DNA of 63,514 nt, the filler included, from Octopus bimaculoides (Eukaryota): assembly GCF_001194135.2 (NCBI RefSeq). It is 5 parts of 5 records of this genome, joined end to end, with 100 filler letters (N's around TTAATTAATTAA, not from the genome) between each part and the next. Parts side by side here need not be neighbours in the genome. Positions count along the whole stretch, not along the records: positions 14,461 to 31,771 come from NC_068981.1; positions 31,872 to 54,986 come from NC_069009.1; 3 more parts are not named here. One strand, 5' to 3'. The position numbers and the translations under genes are program-made. Positions 27,431-39,370 of this stretch are shown here, piece after piece. Position 1 is the stretch's first letter. The number at the start of each line of letters is the position of its first letter. The notes under the pieces were generated by a model. The model was not told where the DNA came from and did not search any database. It saw nothing but the letters and a program-made list of their open reading frames with translations.

Positions 27431-27667
27431 GTGTGTGTGTGTGTATACTGTGTGTGTGAGTATAACTAAGGTGCGATCGGCTTTTGAATCTCTGCAAATA
27501 TAGTGTTGTTAGAAGCATCTACATGTAATAAGCTAATAAGCAAATACAACATACACACGCAAGCACGGACATACGCGCATACCTAGACACACACACACAC
27601 ACGCACACGCACACACACATACACACACACTAACAGACGCGAGCACTAACACACACACTTACACACG

Positions 27668-28070
27668 CGGATGTGTGTTAAGTATCCTAATTACCAACCA
27701 CATGGTCTTGGGTTCAGTCCTACTGCGTGGCACCTTGGGCAAGTGTCTTCTACTATAGCCTCGGGCCGACCAATGCATTGTGAGTGGATTTGGTAGACGG
27801 AAACTGAAAAGAAGCCCATCGTATATATGTGTATATATATATTTGTATGTGTGTTTATATGTTTGTGTGTCTGTGTTTGTCCCCCCAACACCGCTTCACA
27901 ACCGATGGTGGTGTGATTACGTCCCCGTAACCTAGCGCTTCGGCAAAAAACCGATAGAATAAGTACTAGGTTTACAAACAATAAGTCTTGGGGTCGATTT
28001 GCTCGACTAAAGGCGGTGCTCCAGCATGGCTGCAGTCAAATGACTGAAACAAATAAAGGAGTAAAAGAGT
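27668..28070 (+). mobile_element. Full-length SINE family B with internal microsatellite
   Basis: tRNA-like head GGGTTCAGTCCTACTGCG, body GGATTTGGTAGACGGAAACTG, and 3' GGCGGTGCTCCAGCATGG...GACTGAAACAA. Confidence 0.85.
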
Positions 28071-28073
28071 ATA

Positions 28074-29192
28074 TATCAGGTCATCCCATAAGTTCTGTCC
28101 GATTTTACCATTTTTTAAATTGAATGAAATTTAATAGTATTTTAGAATGTCTAAGGGAATTTAAAAAAAAATTTTATGCATTTGTGTACATTTAAACTAA
28201 TTAAATATTATTTTACAGAATAATAGAATTAAAATTTCTTTGATTAAAACCCTTTGAAACATGCAAGTATCCAAAGAGCATTTAAGGCNNNNNNNNNNNN
28301 NNNNNNNNNNNNNNNNNNNNNNNNNNNNNNNNNNNNNNNNNNNAGATGAAGATCGAATAGGACGTCCAGTTGAGTTCGATGATAAGCTCCTTGAGGCATT
28401 ACTTGAAGAAAATACTGCATTATCAGTTGAAGAATTGGCAATAAAGCTTAGTTCAAACCATACAACTGTTCATCGTCATCTTCAACAACTTGGAAAGGTT
28501 CCTAAACTTGGAAAATGGGTGCCTCATGAATTGTCCGAATGCAACCGCAAGTCCCGAGTTGACATCTGCTCTTCTCTCTATTCTCGCGAACTCATTTCAC
28601 TCTTTTTGAATAAACTTGTGACTGGTAACGAAAAATGGATCTTCTATCGAAATGTTAAACGTCATAAACAGTAGCTTGGTAAAAGGGAAAAAAGCTCAAC
28701 CACAACCGAGAAGGGAACTTCATGAAAAAAGGTTCTTCTCTCTATCTGGTGGGATTGCAAAGGAGTAATTCACTTTGAATTGTTACCACCTAATGCAACG
28801 ATCAATGCTCAAGTCTATTGTCAGCAAGCTTTGAACCAAGCTTTGATGAAAAAAGACCCGCTGTAGTGAATCGAAAAGGATTGATGTTTCATCTGGACAA
28901 TGCGTGACCCCACACTGCAAAGATCACATCACAGCAGATCGAAGAGCTTGGTTGGGAAAACATTCCTCATCCACCTTGTTCTCCCGACCTTGCTCCTTCA
29001 GATTACCATTTGTTTCCTAGTTTACAGAATCATTAGGTGGACATAACTTTGGCAAGCCAGGGGGAGGTCGAAACTGACATTCCAGAGTTCATCGCTTTGA
29101 AACCAAAAGAGTCTTACATTGATGGGATTAAAAAGCTTGTAAATAGATGGAAGGAAGTCATAGATAATCAGGGAAAGTACATTGATGATTAA
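28074..29192 (+). mobile_element. Near-complete decayed mariner transposon (Mos1-like DD34D)
   Basis: GRPVEFDD, GKWVPHEL, LVTGNEKWIFY, DNA.PH, HPPCSPDLAPSDYHLF and GKYIDD* (stop 29190-29192), with several stops and frameshifts. Confidence 0.92.
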
Positions 29193-29317
29193 ATTTCAGT
29201 TTAGCCAATAAAACACACGCACTATATATTTGGTGTTAATTTCCTTCAGCATTATTATATTTTAATTAATTTTTTTTGTTACAGAATGCAAAACAAATAA
29301 CAAAGAAGAAAACAAAG

Positions 29318-29361
29318 GGCAACTGATGAGGTCACAGAAGTGTGACGAAAGAACTCTGGCC
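29318..29361 (+). ncRNA. Minimal type I hammerhead ribozyme-like motif
   Basis: GGCAA-CTGATGA-G-GTCAC-agaagt-GTGAC-GAAA-G-aa-C-TC-TGGCC: intact core, 5-bp stem II, CUC triplet, stem I 4 of 5 paired. Confidence 0.65.
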
Positions 29362-29782
29362 GAAATACGATTAATGTAATATAAAGCTGAAGNNNNNNNN
29401 NNNNNNNNNNNNNNNNNNNNNNNNNNNNNNNNNNNNNNNNNNNNNNNNNNNNNNNNNNNNNNNNNNNNNNNNNNNNNNNNNNNNNNNNNNNNNNNNNNNN
29501 NNNNNNNNNNNNNNNNNNNNNNNNNNNNNNNNNNNNNNNNNNNNNNNNNNNNNNNNNNNNNNNNNNNNNNNNNNNNNNNNNNNNNNNNNNNNNNNNNNNN
29601 NNNNNNNNNNNNNNNNNNNNNNNNNNNNNNNNNNNNNNNNNNNNNNNNNNNNNNNNNNNNNNNNNNNNNNNNNNNNNNNNNNNNNNNNNNNNNNNNNNNN
29701 NNNNNNNNNNNNNNNNNNNNNNNNNNNNNNNNNNNNNNNNNNNNNNNNNNNNNNNNNNNNNNNNNNNNNNNNNNNNNNNNNN

Positions 29783-29813
<31 letters not shown>

Positions 29814-30222
29814 ATATGTATGTATGTATATATATATATATGAATTTATGTAAGACACTTGCGCAAGGTACTGCCTAGTGGAACCGAACCCGAAGCCACG
29901 TGGTGGGAAGTCCAGCTTCTTAAGCAGACAACCATACCAGCGCTATGTGGAGCCCCCAGTGCAGACAAAGTATATAGCCACAATTGCGAAACGTGCGTAG
30001 GGAACAAATGGCATGTTGAGTTTTTAATCGTGTATATATATTCTTTTAATTGTTTCAGCCATTTGACTGCGGGCATGCTGGAGCACCGCCATTTTAGTCA
30101 AACAATTCCACCCCGGGATTTATTCTTTTTAAGCCAAGTACTTATTCCATCGGTCTCTTTTGCCGAACCGCTACGTTACGGGGACGTAAACACACCAACA
30201 TCGGTTCTCAAGCGATGGTGGA

Positions 30223-30270
<48 letters not shown>

Positions 30271-30687
30271 CATAGACATGTTATATACGACGGGCTTCTA
30301 TCAGTTTCCGTCTACTTACCACTGCGAGTACAAACTCAGCATGCCAAATTATTCCCTACACGTTTCGCAATTGTGGCTATATACTTCGTCTGGTGGCCTT
30401 CCCACCACGTGGCTTCGGGTTCGGTTCCACTCCGCAGTACCTTGCGCAAGTGTCTTACATATTCTTTTACCTGTTTCAGTCATTTGATTGCGGCCATGCT
30501 GGAGCACCCTCTTTTAGTCGAGCAAATCGACCCCAGGACTTATTCTTTGGATGCCTAGTGCTTATTCTATCGGGCTCTTTTGCCGAACCGCTAAGTTACG
30601 GGGACCTAAACACACCAGCATCGGTTGTCAAGCGATGTTGGGTGGACAAACACAGACACACATACATACATACATACATACATACAT

Positions 30688-30720
<33 letters not shown>

Positions 30721-31068
30721 TATATATNNNNNNNNNNNNNNNNNNNNNNNNNNNNNNNNNNNNNNNNNNNNNNNNNNNNNNNNNNNNNNNNNNNNNNNNN
30801 NNNNNNNNNNNNNNNNNNNNNNNNNNNNNNNNNNNNNNNNNNNNNNNNNNNNNNNNNNNNNNNNNTACATACATACATACATACATACATACATGCATAC
30901 ATACATACATGCATACATACATACACACCTACATACATAATACATACATACACACAGACACATACATACCTTCATACATACATACATACATACATACATA
31001 CATACATACGTACATACATACATACATACATACATACATGCATACATACATGCATACATACATACATA

Positions 31069-31405
31069 TATGATTGGACGATGGCCGTCCACTCGTGACC
31101 GAAGAAGACCATTGCTGACCTTCAGGAACAATCTGCGCTCTAGGACTAACTTATATTTTGCATTTGCTGATCCGTTGTTGGATAATGAGCCCTGCTCTTG
31201 ACATACACGACTGCAAACATTGCAGACCAAGCTCTTCCCATTCACAACACCAGCAATGCACTTTCGAGCAGCACGCTTAAGTTCTTCATGCAGTAAACAT
31301 GCTCTCTCGAAAGTGACGACCACTTCCTTAACCTGCATCCTCCATCTGTGACGATGACAGGCATTGCTCTCCCAGTCAGTCTCCTGCATATCACAGGCCT
31401 TTATT
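31069..31405 (-). mobile_element. RTE-type LINE 3' end with (TATG)n tail
   Basis: IKACDMQETDWESNACHRHRWRMQVKEVVVTFE...KRAARK...LVCNVCSRVC, a degenerate C-terminal zinc finger, runs straight into the TATG microsatellite at 30866-31068. Confidence 0.75.
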
Positions 31406-31871
31406 GAGAATTTAACTTATAATTAGGGTTCAGCAAATTGCTTCACCACATACCGAAATTTAGAAATAGCAGTTAAATACTATTCCTCTACCATTAGATA
31501 TCTCTCAGACAGCAATATTCTTAATTTACGTAGGTAAAGAGAAAAAATAACGAATCCATGCAGCTTTGATCAACTACGTACGCGTTTCTGAATTAAAGAC
31601 ATATAAAATTTTATTTTTACTCACTTATTTCCTTCTTCAGTGTAGTATTTCAAAATGTTTCCCTTTTACAAATGTGCACGGGACGATCCGCATTATCGAA
31701 AGGCAATGGAACTACATTTCATCAAAAAATTTTCTCCAAAATTTAATGTTAGATAGAAAAAAACGGAGATANNNNNNNNNNNNNNNNNNNNNNNNNNNNN
31801 NNNNNNNNNNNNNNNTTAATTAATTAANNNNNNNNNNNNNNNNNNNNNNNNNNNNNNNNNNNNNNNNNNNN

Positions 31872-31914
<43 letters not shown>

Positions 31915-32856
31915 CATACACACATATATACATACATATACTTATGTTTTGTGTGTGTGTATGAGTGCCTGCAAGTGCATGGAAGTGCTGGGTGGTGCTG
32001 ATGTACATGTAACAGGAAGCTGTGCACAGTTTGGAAATCAAGGTTTGTTTCAAAGGAATCATGTGACTATGCGCTTTTATTTTGTAGTAAACTGGGGTTT
32101 TAATTTGTGTAACTATCTTGTAGGCATTGGCTCATGCCCATCCTGTCCTCTGACCTTGCAGCCTCCAGTAATCTATGAATGGCATGCCAATGAGGAATTT
32201 CTGTAGTAATGTGGCTCAACATTGTTTGTTTTTTTCTGTCCTTGTTTTTGTATACATTCACTGCTTTCTTCCAAGGAATCTAATGCTCTTAGCTTAGTTT
32301 TTCCTTGGGGCTGGCCAGATTGGAGCAATATCGAGAATAATTTGCTGAAATTGCAAAGATAATCTGGATCTCGACTGAGGAAAGAAAGCTCCGAATGACC
32401 TGTCCTTGTTTTCTTTGTATCATCTATCTGGATGTTTTGTTGTCCCTTTCTTGTATCACCTAACTGTCTGGATGTTTTGGGTTCTTGTCCCATGTTGTAT
32501 TATTTATTCAGAAATTGTTTTCCCTTATCCTTTGCAGTCACCAACAACTACCATAAGGCTTTCGTTTGCTACCTCTCACTCAGAGAGGAAAATCAACCCC
32601 AGTACATATAAGTGTCAAAGCCTGTCATTATCAAATATTCCTTGTTAGACCTGGAAATATTGCAAAAAAACCATATTTCTGACATGCTAAGTTATATCTT
32701 CTGTTTTGCCATTCACTGGGGTCTGTTTTGAATCTAAACATCTGATGAGTGTAGGTGTATGTTATTTGCATGAAACTGTAACTGATGTAACATATTTTGT
32801 TTGTAATGTTACTCTAAAACAGTGTGTTTGTGTGTGTGCGTGCGCACATGCGCATG

Positions 32857-32911
<55 letters not shown>

Positions 32912-33292
32912 CCTTATATATTATTGAAGCAGTATCAGGGAATAGGGGAATAGATAAAGGTGTGCACAGCTTCCTGAACATGTGATTGGTAACCGTACTT
33001 CAAATATCTTGTATATTTACCTGAGAATGTAAATTGATTCAAATATTAAGAATAATAAGAATTATTACAATAATAATAAAAATAATAACAGTGAAGACGC
33101 TGCTGATATATATTTACATATGTGTGTATTACTTATATTACTAGTAAATATAGTAAAAAGCCTATCTATGCACCAACCCACTTGATTGTATGTTTATGCG
33201 TATTTATGTATAAATGCACATACACAAAACTCAAAACCTGTTTGTACATACACACATACACACACACATACATACACACACACATACATACA

Positions 33293-33362
<70 letters not shown>

Positions 33363-33633
33363 CACATACATAAATATGTATACACACTCACTCATATATA
33401 CACGTATACACATACATGCATCGTAGACACATTAGTTTCAATATACTTTGAACACCACTGCTTTGCTAGACACAACTAATTCATAACACTACATAATCTA
33501 CCAGCTACAGGCAAACTAATGCATAATCAAACTGACAGGGGAGACAAGCAGGTGTATTTCAAACATGGAAAATGCGAGAAGGTACAAAGTAAACTACAGA
33601 AAGAAAAGAAAAAGAAAACAAAGCCAAACAGAC

Positions 33634-33829
33634 CAAAGCTGCAGTTTTACTTTGTATTTATATATTTCAGGGCTATAACCTCTTCTTCAGGACATTTGGC
33701 AAAGGTGAGGGAGGGAAAAGTCATTGCTTAGATGTGTAACAATTTTTCCATATCTTGCCTTTTCCCAATGTCCTGAAGAAGGGGTTATAGCCCTGAAATA
33801 TAGAATTACAAGGTAAAACTGCAGCTTTG
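33634..33829. repeat. Inverted repeat with about 75-bp arms, each containing a hammerhead-like core (Penelope pLTR-like)
   Basis: 33634-33710 is the reverse complement of 33754-33829; CTGAAGA-A-GGGG-ttatag-CCCT-GAAATATA at 33773-33802. Confidence 0.8.
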
Positions 33830-33882
33830 TATTGTTTTATTTCCCTTTTCTTTTGTAATTCTGGCCTTACACTACAAATTTC

Positions 33883-33919
<37 letters not shown>

Positions 33920-34306
33920 GAAGGTGTATGGTTTAGTGTTTAGGGAATTGCAGTCATATTCAGAAGATTCTGGTTTCAATTCGTAGACTTGGCAGTACAC
34001 TGTATTCTTGAGCAAAACACTTCATTTTACATTACTCCAGTTCACTCAGCAGTAAATGATTAATTCTGCGATGGGTTGATATCTGAACCAACGTTTTTTT
34101 AAAGTAGTGGGGCATGGTTTGACGTTATCTGAATGTGTGTGTGTGAGGGAAGGGGGCATCTTGACCTACAACCTCTAAATTTTGGATGCTCTCTGCAACG
34201 TTTAGTCTATAGATGTCTAACAATGAACTAACAGAAGTACAGTTTCCAAAGCGAATGAAAGGGTACAGGCAAAGGATCAAGAATAACTCACCCAAAGATT
34301 ACTCAC

Positions 34307-34396
34307 CATTTCCTTGTGGTTTGGATAATACGCTTGGTCGATCAATGGGAACTTGTCCGGTCCAAGTTTCTTTTGGATCTGGATTAAGTGTGCCAT
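34307..34396 (-). CDS. Syn: Synapsin coding exon 5 (90 nt; possible 15-nt extension to 34292)
   Basis: ctctctccccacAG|ATG GCA...GAA ATG|GTGAGT. Encodes MAHLIQIQKKLGPDKFPLIDQAYYPNHKEM. The next exon was not found in the window. Confidence 0.98.
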
Positions 34397-34409
34397 CTGT
34401 GGGGAGAGA

Positions 34410-34669
34410 GGGGCAGTGAGAGAGAAAGAGAGAGAGAGAGAGGGAGGGAGGAGGAGAAGGAGGGAAATACAGAGAGAGGGGAGAAGGATGTGGGAGAGAA
34501 AGAGTGATGGTGTACAAGTGAGAGAGAGGGAGGGAGTTTTATGGATTGCTAGATGGTGTGTTTGACTGAAAAAATCTGGTTGATTGGAAGATATATTTAT
34601 AGACGCAGATGAGTAATTTTCTAAATAGATCAACAGATAGATAGACAGACAGACAGACAGGTAGCTAGT

Positions 34670-34720
<51 letters not shown>

Positions 34721-35127
34721 GGAGAGAGAGAGAGATAGACAGGCAGAGAGATAGTTAGACACACAACAAATAAATTGAGAAACAGAAAGGTAGATAAATA
34801 AGTAGATAGACAGATAGACTGATAGAGAAAAAGACAGACATATATGTATGCATATATATATATATATAAAGAGAGAGAGAGAGAGAGAGAGAGATAGAGG
34901 GAGATAGATAAGCAGGGAGATAGACATAGATAGACAGACAAATGGATTCATAGATGCATTCATAAAGACAAACAGGGAAACAGAAAGAGAGATACATAAA
35001 TAGATATAAACATAGATAGATATAAAGATAGATAGACAGATACATGCATAAAGACAGACAGACAGACAAACAGATAGACAGAAAGACAGACAGATAGATG
35101 GATGGATATATAGATAGACAGACAGAC

Positions 35128-35161
<34 letters not shown>

Positions 35162-35169
35162 ATAGATAC

Positions 35170-35202
<33 letters not shown>

Positions 35203-35260
35203 CACAGACAGATAGATAGATATATAGATGGATAGATAGACCGACAGATGGACAGGAAGA
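34410..35260. repeat. Compound (GA)n/(GATA)n/(GACA)n microsatellite filling most of synapsin intron 4
   Basis: Directly visible. Confidence 0.9.
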
Positions 35261-35297
35261 CAAATGTTTCAAGGAGGCAGTAGAAAATATGACTTAC

Positions 35298-35448
35298 CAC
35301 CCAAGGTTTATCTTGAAAGTTGTAAATGGAATCCATAGAATTAATACTAGTAACACCGCCATAATGGAACCCCATGATCAGGTTACGCCAGTCCTCACAA
35401 GCGTCACGCACATGTTGTCTGACGAGCACAAAGTCTGGCTTGAAAGAC
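35298..35448 (-). CDS. Syn: Synapsin coding exon 4 (151 nt)
   Basis: tttttctgtgtgcAG|G TCT...TGG GTG|GTAAGT. Encodes SFKPDFVLVRQHVRDACEDWRNLIMGFHYGGVTSINSMDSIYNFQDKPWV (domain C). Confidence 0.98.
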
Positions 35449-35745
35449 CTGCACACAGAAAAACAGGAAACTTGGTGATAATGAAATTGAATAAAGAAAA
35501 TCATTTTTAATTTAGGCAAAGAGTCAGGAATTTGGTGGAATGGGTGATAGGGGATCGGGTGGCATAGTTGATTAAATCAGTCTCTGAACTAAGCATTCAG
35601 ACTGGATGTCTGGTTTAGGGATATGTTCCACTAACAAACTGGGGAGACCCAGTATAAGGCTATCTCAAAGGATGCCACTAGAAGTCGGATAATATAGTTA
35701 TTATTAGGCATGGCTGTGTGGTAAGAAGCTTGCTTCTTACCACAC

Positions 35746-35980
35746 AGCGGTGGCTGGCAGAAACGTTAGCATGCCGGGCGAAATGCTTAGTGGTATTTCG
35801 CCTGCCGTTAGATTCTGAGTTCAAATTCCGCCGAGGTCGACTTTGCATTTCATCCTTTCGGGGTCGATAAATTAAGTACCAGTTACACACTGGGGTCGAT
35901 GTAATTGACTTAATCCCTTTGTCTGTCCTTGTTTGTCCCCTCTATGTTTAGCTCCTTGTGGGTAATAATGAAATAAGAAG
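35746..35980 (+). mobile_element. Full-length SINE family A inserted into a family B head
   Basis: Flanked by duplicated TAAGAAGCTTGCTTC (35722-35736 and 35974-35988). Confidence 0.85.
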
Positions 35981-36120
35981 CTTGCTTCCCAACCACATAG
36001 TTCTGGGTTCAGTTCCTCTGCATGGCACCTTGAACAAGTGTTTTCTACTATAGCTTCAGGCCGGCCAAAAACTTGTGAGAGGATTTGGAAAATGGAAACT
36101 TAAAGAAGCCTGTTGTATGT

Positions 36121-36520
36121 GTGGCTGTGTGGTAAGTAGCTTGCTTACCAACCACATGATCCGGGTTCAGTCCCACTGCGTGGCACCTTGGGCAAGTGTC
36201 TTCTACTATAGCCTCGGGCCGACCAAAGCCTTGTGAGTGGATTTGGTAGACGGAAACTGAAAGAAGCCCGTCGTATATATATATATGTATATATATATAT
36301 GTATGTATGTTTGTGTGTCTGTGTTTGTCCTCCTAGCATTGCTTGACAACCGATGCTGGTGTGTTTATGTTCCCGTCACTTAGTGGTTCGGTAAAAAGAG
36401 ACCGATAGAATAAGTACTAGGCTTCCAAAGAATAAGTCCTGGGGGTCGATTTGCTCGACTAAAGGCGGTGCTCCAGCATGGCCGCAGTCAAATGACTGAA
36501 ACAAGTAAAAGAGTAAAGAG
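36121..36520 (+). mobile_element. Full-length SINE family B in synapsin intron 3
   Basis: Complete head-body-microsatellite-tail architecture. Confidence 0.9.
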
Positions 36521-37860
36521 ATATATGTTTGTGAGTCTTTGTGTCTGTGTTTGTTGACAACTGGTGCCGGTGTGTTAATGTCTCTGTAACTTAGTGCTTC
36601 AGCAAAAGTGACCAACAAAATAAACACCAGGCTTGTGAAAAACATAAGCACTGGGGGTGATACATTCAACTAAAAATTCTTCAAGGCAATGCCCCAGCAT
36701 GGCCACAGTCATGTGACTGAAACAAGTAAAAGATATAGAGTAACTCTACATTAAGCACTGGAATGTACAACTTCCTGTAAGTCAGGCTGCCTCAAGGCCC
36801 CAGCAGACAAAATGGAAAAGGTAATGCCCCAGAATATGGCAAGGAAAATGTGTTTGAACATCCACTCGGGCTCACAGGGGTCACACTCACAAACAAGTTG
36901 GGAAGCACATTTCTTACCACACAACCGTACCAGTACCCCATCATTAAGATCAATTGTAAATAAATCTGATTTGCCCCTGTAACCTGGGGCAAATAACACC
37001 AACATCCCCACCGCCACCACCAACATCCCCACCAACAACAACATCCCCCACCACCAACAACACCACCACCACCACCACCAACATCCCNNNNNNNNNNNNN
37101 NNNNNNNNNNNNNNNNNNNNNNNNNNNNNNNNNNNNNNNNNNNNNNNNNNNNNNNNNNNNNNNNNNNNNNNNNNNNNNNNNNNNNNNNNNNNNNNNNNNN
37201 NNNNNNNNNNNNNNNNNNNNNNNNNNNNNNNNNNNNNNNNNNNNNNNNNNNNNNNNNNNNNNNNNNNNNNNNNNNNNNNNNNNNNNNNNNNNNNNNNNNN
37301 NNNNNNNNNNNNNNNNNNNNNNNNNNNNNNNNNNNNNNNNNNNNNNNNNNNNNNNNNNNNNNNNNNNNNNNNNNNNNNNNNNNNNNNNNNNNNNNNNNNN
37401 NNNNNNNNNNNNNNNNNNNNNNNNNNNNNNNNNNNNNNNNNNNNNNNNNNNNNNNNNNNNNNNNNNNNNNNNNNNNNNNNNNNNNNNNNNNNNNNNNNNN
37501 NNNNNNNNNNNNNNNNNNNNNNNNNNNNNNNNNNNNNNNNNNNNNNNNNNNNNNNNNNNNNNNNNNNNNNNNNNNNNNNNNNNNNNNNNNNNNNNNNNNN
37601 NNNNNNNNNNNNNNNNNNNNNNNNNNNNNNNNNNNNNNNNNNNNNNNNNNNNNNNNNNNNNNNNNNNNNNNNNNNNNNNNNNNNNNNNNNNNNNNNNNNN
37701 NNNNNNNNNNNNNNNNNNNNNNNNNNNNNNNNNNNNNNNNNNNNNNNNNNNNNNNNNNACCACCACCAACATTCCCACCACCACCAACATCCACCGCCAC
37801 CACCAACATCCCCGCCACTACCATGAACAAGAACAGCAAAGCACAAGCAGCGCCACCTAC

Positions 37861-37952
37861 CTGACAACTCTGGTGCCATTCCTCAATACTTGAATGTCGA
37901 CCATGGTCCCTTGGTCTGTGTAGGCAGCAACATTGATTTCAGGAAACTCTGC
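37861..37952 (-). CDS. Syn: Synapsin coding exon 3 (92 nt)
   Basis: catgcccttccAG|GCA GAG...GTC AG|GTAGGT. Encodes AEFPEINVAAYTDQGTMVDIQVLRNGTRVV(R). Confidence 0.97.
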
Positions 37953-38022
37953 CTGGAAGGGCATGGAAAGATTGGTGACTTGAAGAAAGAAAAGTAACCC
38001 CCTTTTTCAAACATGCACGCAG

Positions 38023-38055
<33 letters not shown>

Positions 38056-38379
38056 CAAACACATATATAGACACACATACACATACACACACAGATACGA
38101 ATAGACACAGATGCACATATACACAGACACAAACACAAACACACACATACATATATATGCACAGCCCCCCACACATACACACACCTGTACAGAAACAAAC
38201 ATATAGATACACATTGACTAACATATATCCACAGACACATACGTACACAAGTATATACACAGACATATACACACACATACACCCTGATAAACACACACAG
38301 ACACACATGTTCTCACACACAGGCAGATGGACACACACACACACAAACACACACATTCTGTATATTTCTCAACCTTGTA

Positions 38380-39370
38380 TCTGATACATGAAGTAACCCA
38401 GAGTCCAATCCTAACACACACACCTACCCTGGGTACCACAGACCCTTACTCTGATACACACGCTGGGTAGTCCAGAGTTCCAAACCTTACACAACCAAGC
38501 CTGGTGTGCAAGGGAGCTCTACCTTGAACACACATATCTACCCTGGGTACGCCAAAGCGTCAATCCTTGCACACCCATATCTAGTGTGTTATGAAATCCC
38601 ACCCTGAATACATACATGCACAACAAACCTATCCTGAGTACTCCAGAGGCTCAACCCTTACCCACCCATACTTGGGGTACCAAGACACCCCCACCTTGAA
38701 CACATATGCAGTGTATGTACCCTGGGTACTCCAAAGCCCCATACCTGAGTGTTATGGAGCATCACTCTTAAAACACACACACACACACACACAAGGCAAA
38801 CCTGCTTTGGGTACTCCAGACTCTCAAATCTAACACATCCACTCATGGAGTACTAGCGACCCCTACACTGAATAAAAATACAATATATCTACCCTGGGTA
38901 TTGTAGAGTCTCAATCCTTACACACCTACACCTAGGTACTATGGAGCCCCACCCTGATCATACACACAATATGCCTACCCTGGGTACTCCAGAATCCCAT
39001 GTCTCAAATATCTGCATTTGGAGTGCTAGGGAGCCCTGCCCTGAACACACTTAACATATCTACCCTTGGTAGAACTTCAATCCTTACACACCAATATTTG
39101 GTGTGTTAGAGAGCCCTACTTTGAACACACATATAACACACCTACCCTGGATATTCTAGTCCCAATCCTTACACACACTGAACACACATAACATATCTAC
39201 TCCAGAGCCCTAAACCTTACACACCCATTCCTGGGTGTAATGGTGTCCCATCCTGATCATACACACGACAAACCTACCTTGAGTACTCCAGGACCCCAAA
39301 CCTAACACATCCAAATTTGGGGTGCTAGCAATCCTGACCCTGATCACACACACAACATATTATCTACTCT
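38380..39370. repeat. Diverged tandem repeat with roughly 80-110 bp units
   Basis: CTACCCTGGGTACTCCAGAG-like motif recurs about a dozen times. Confidence 0.75.

Noticed and set aside
32100-32650. 106-aa minus ORF with TNNVE, possibly a MULE transposase remnant
   Set aside because: A single short motif is insufficient support, and it is not a synapsin exon.
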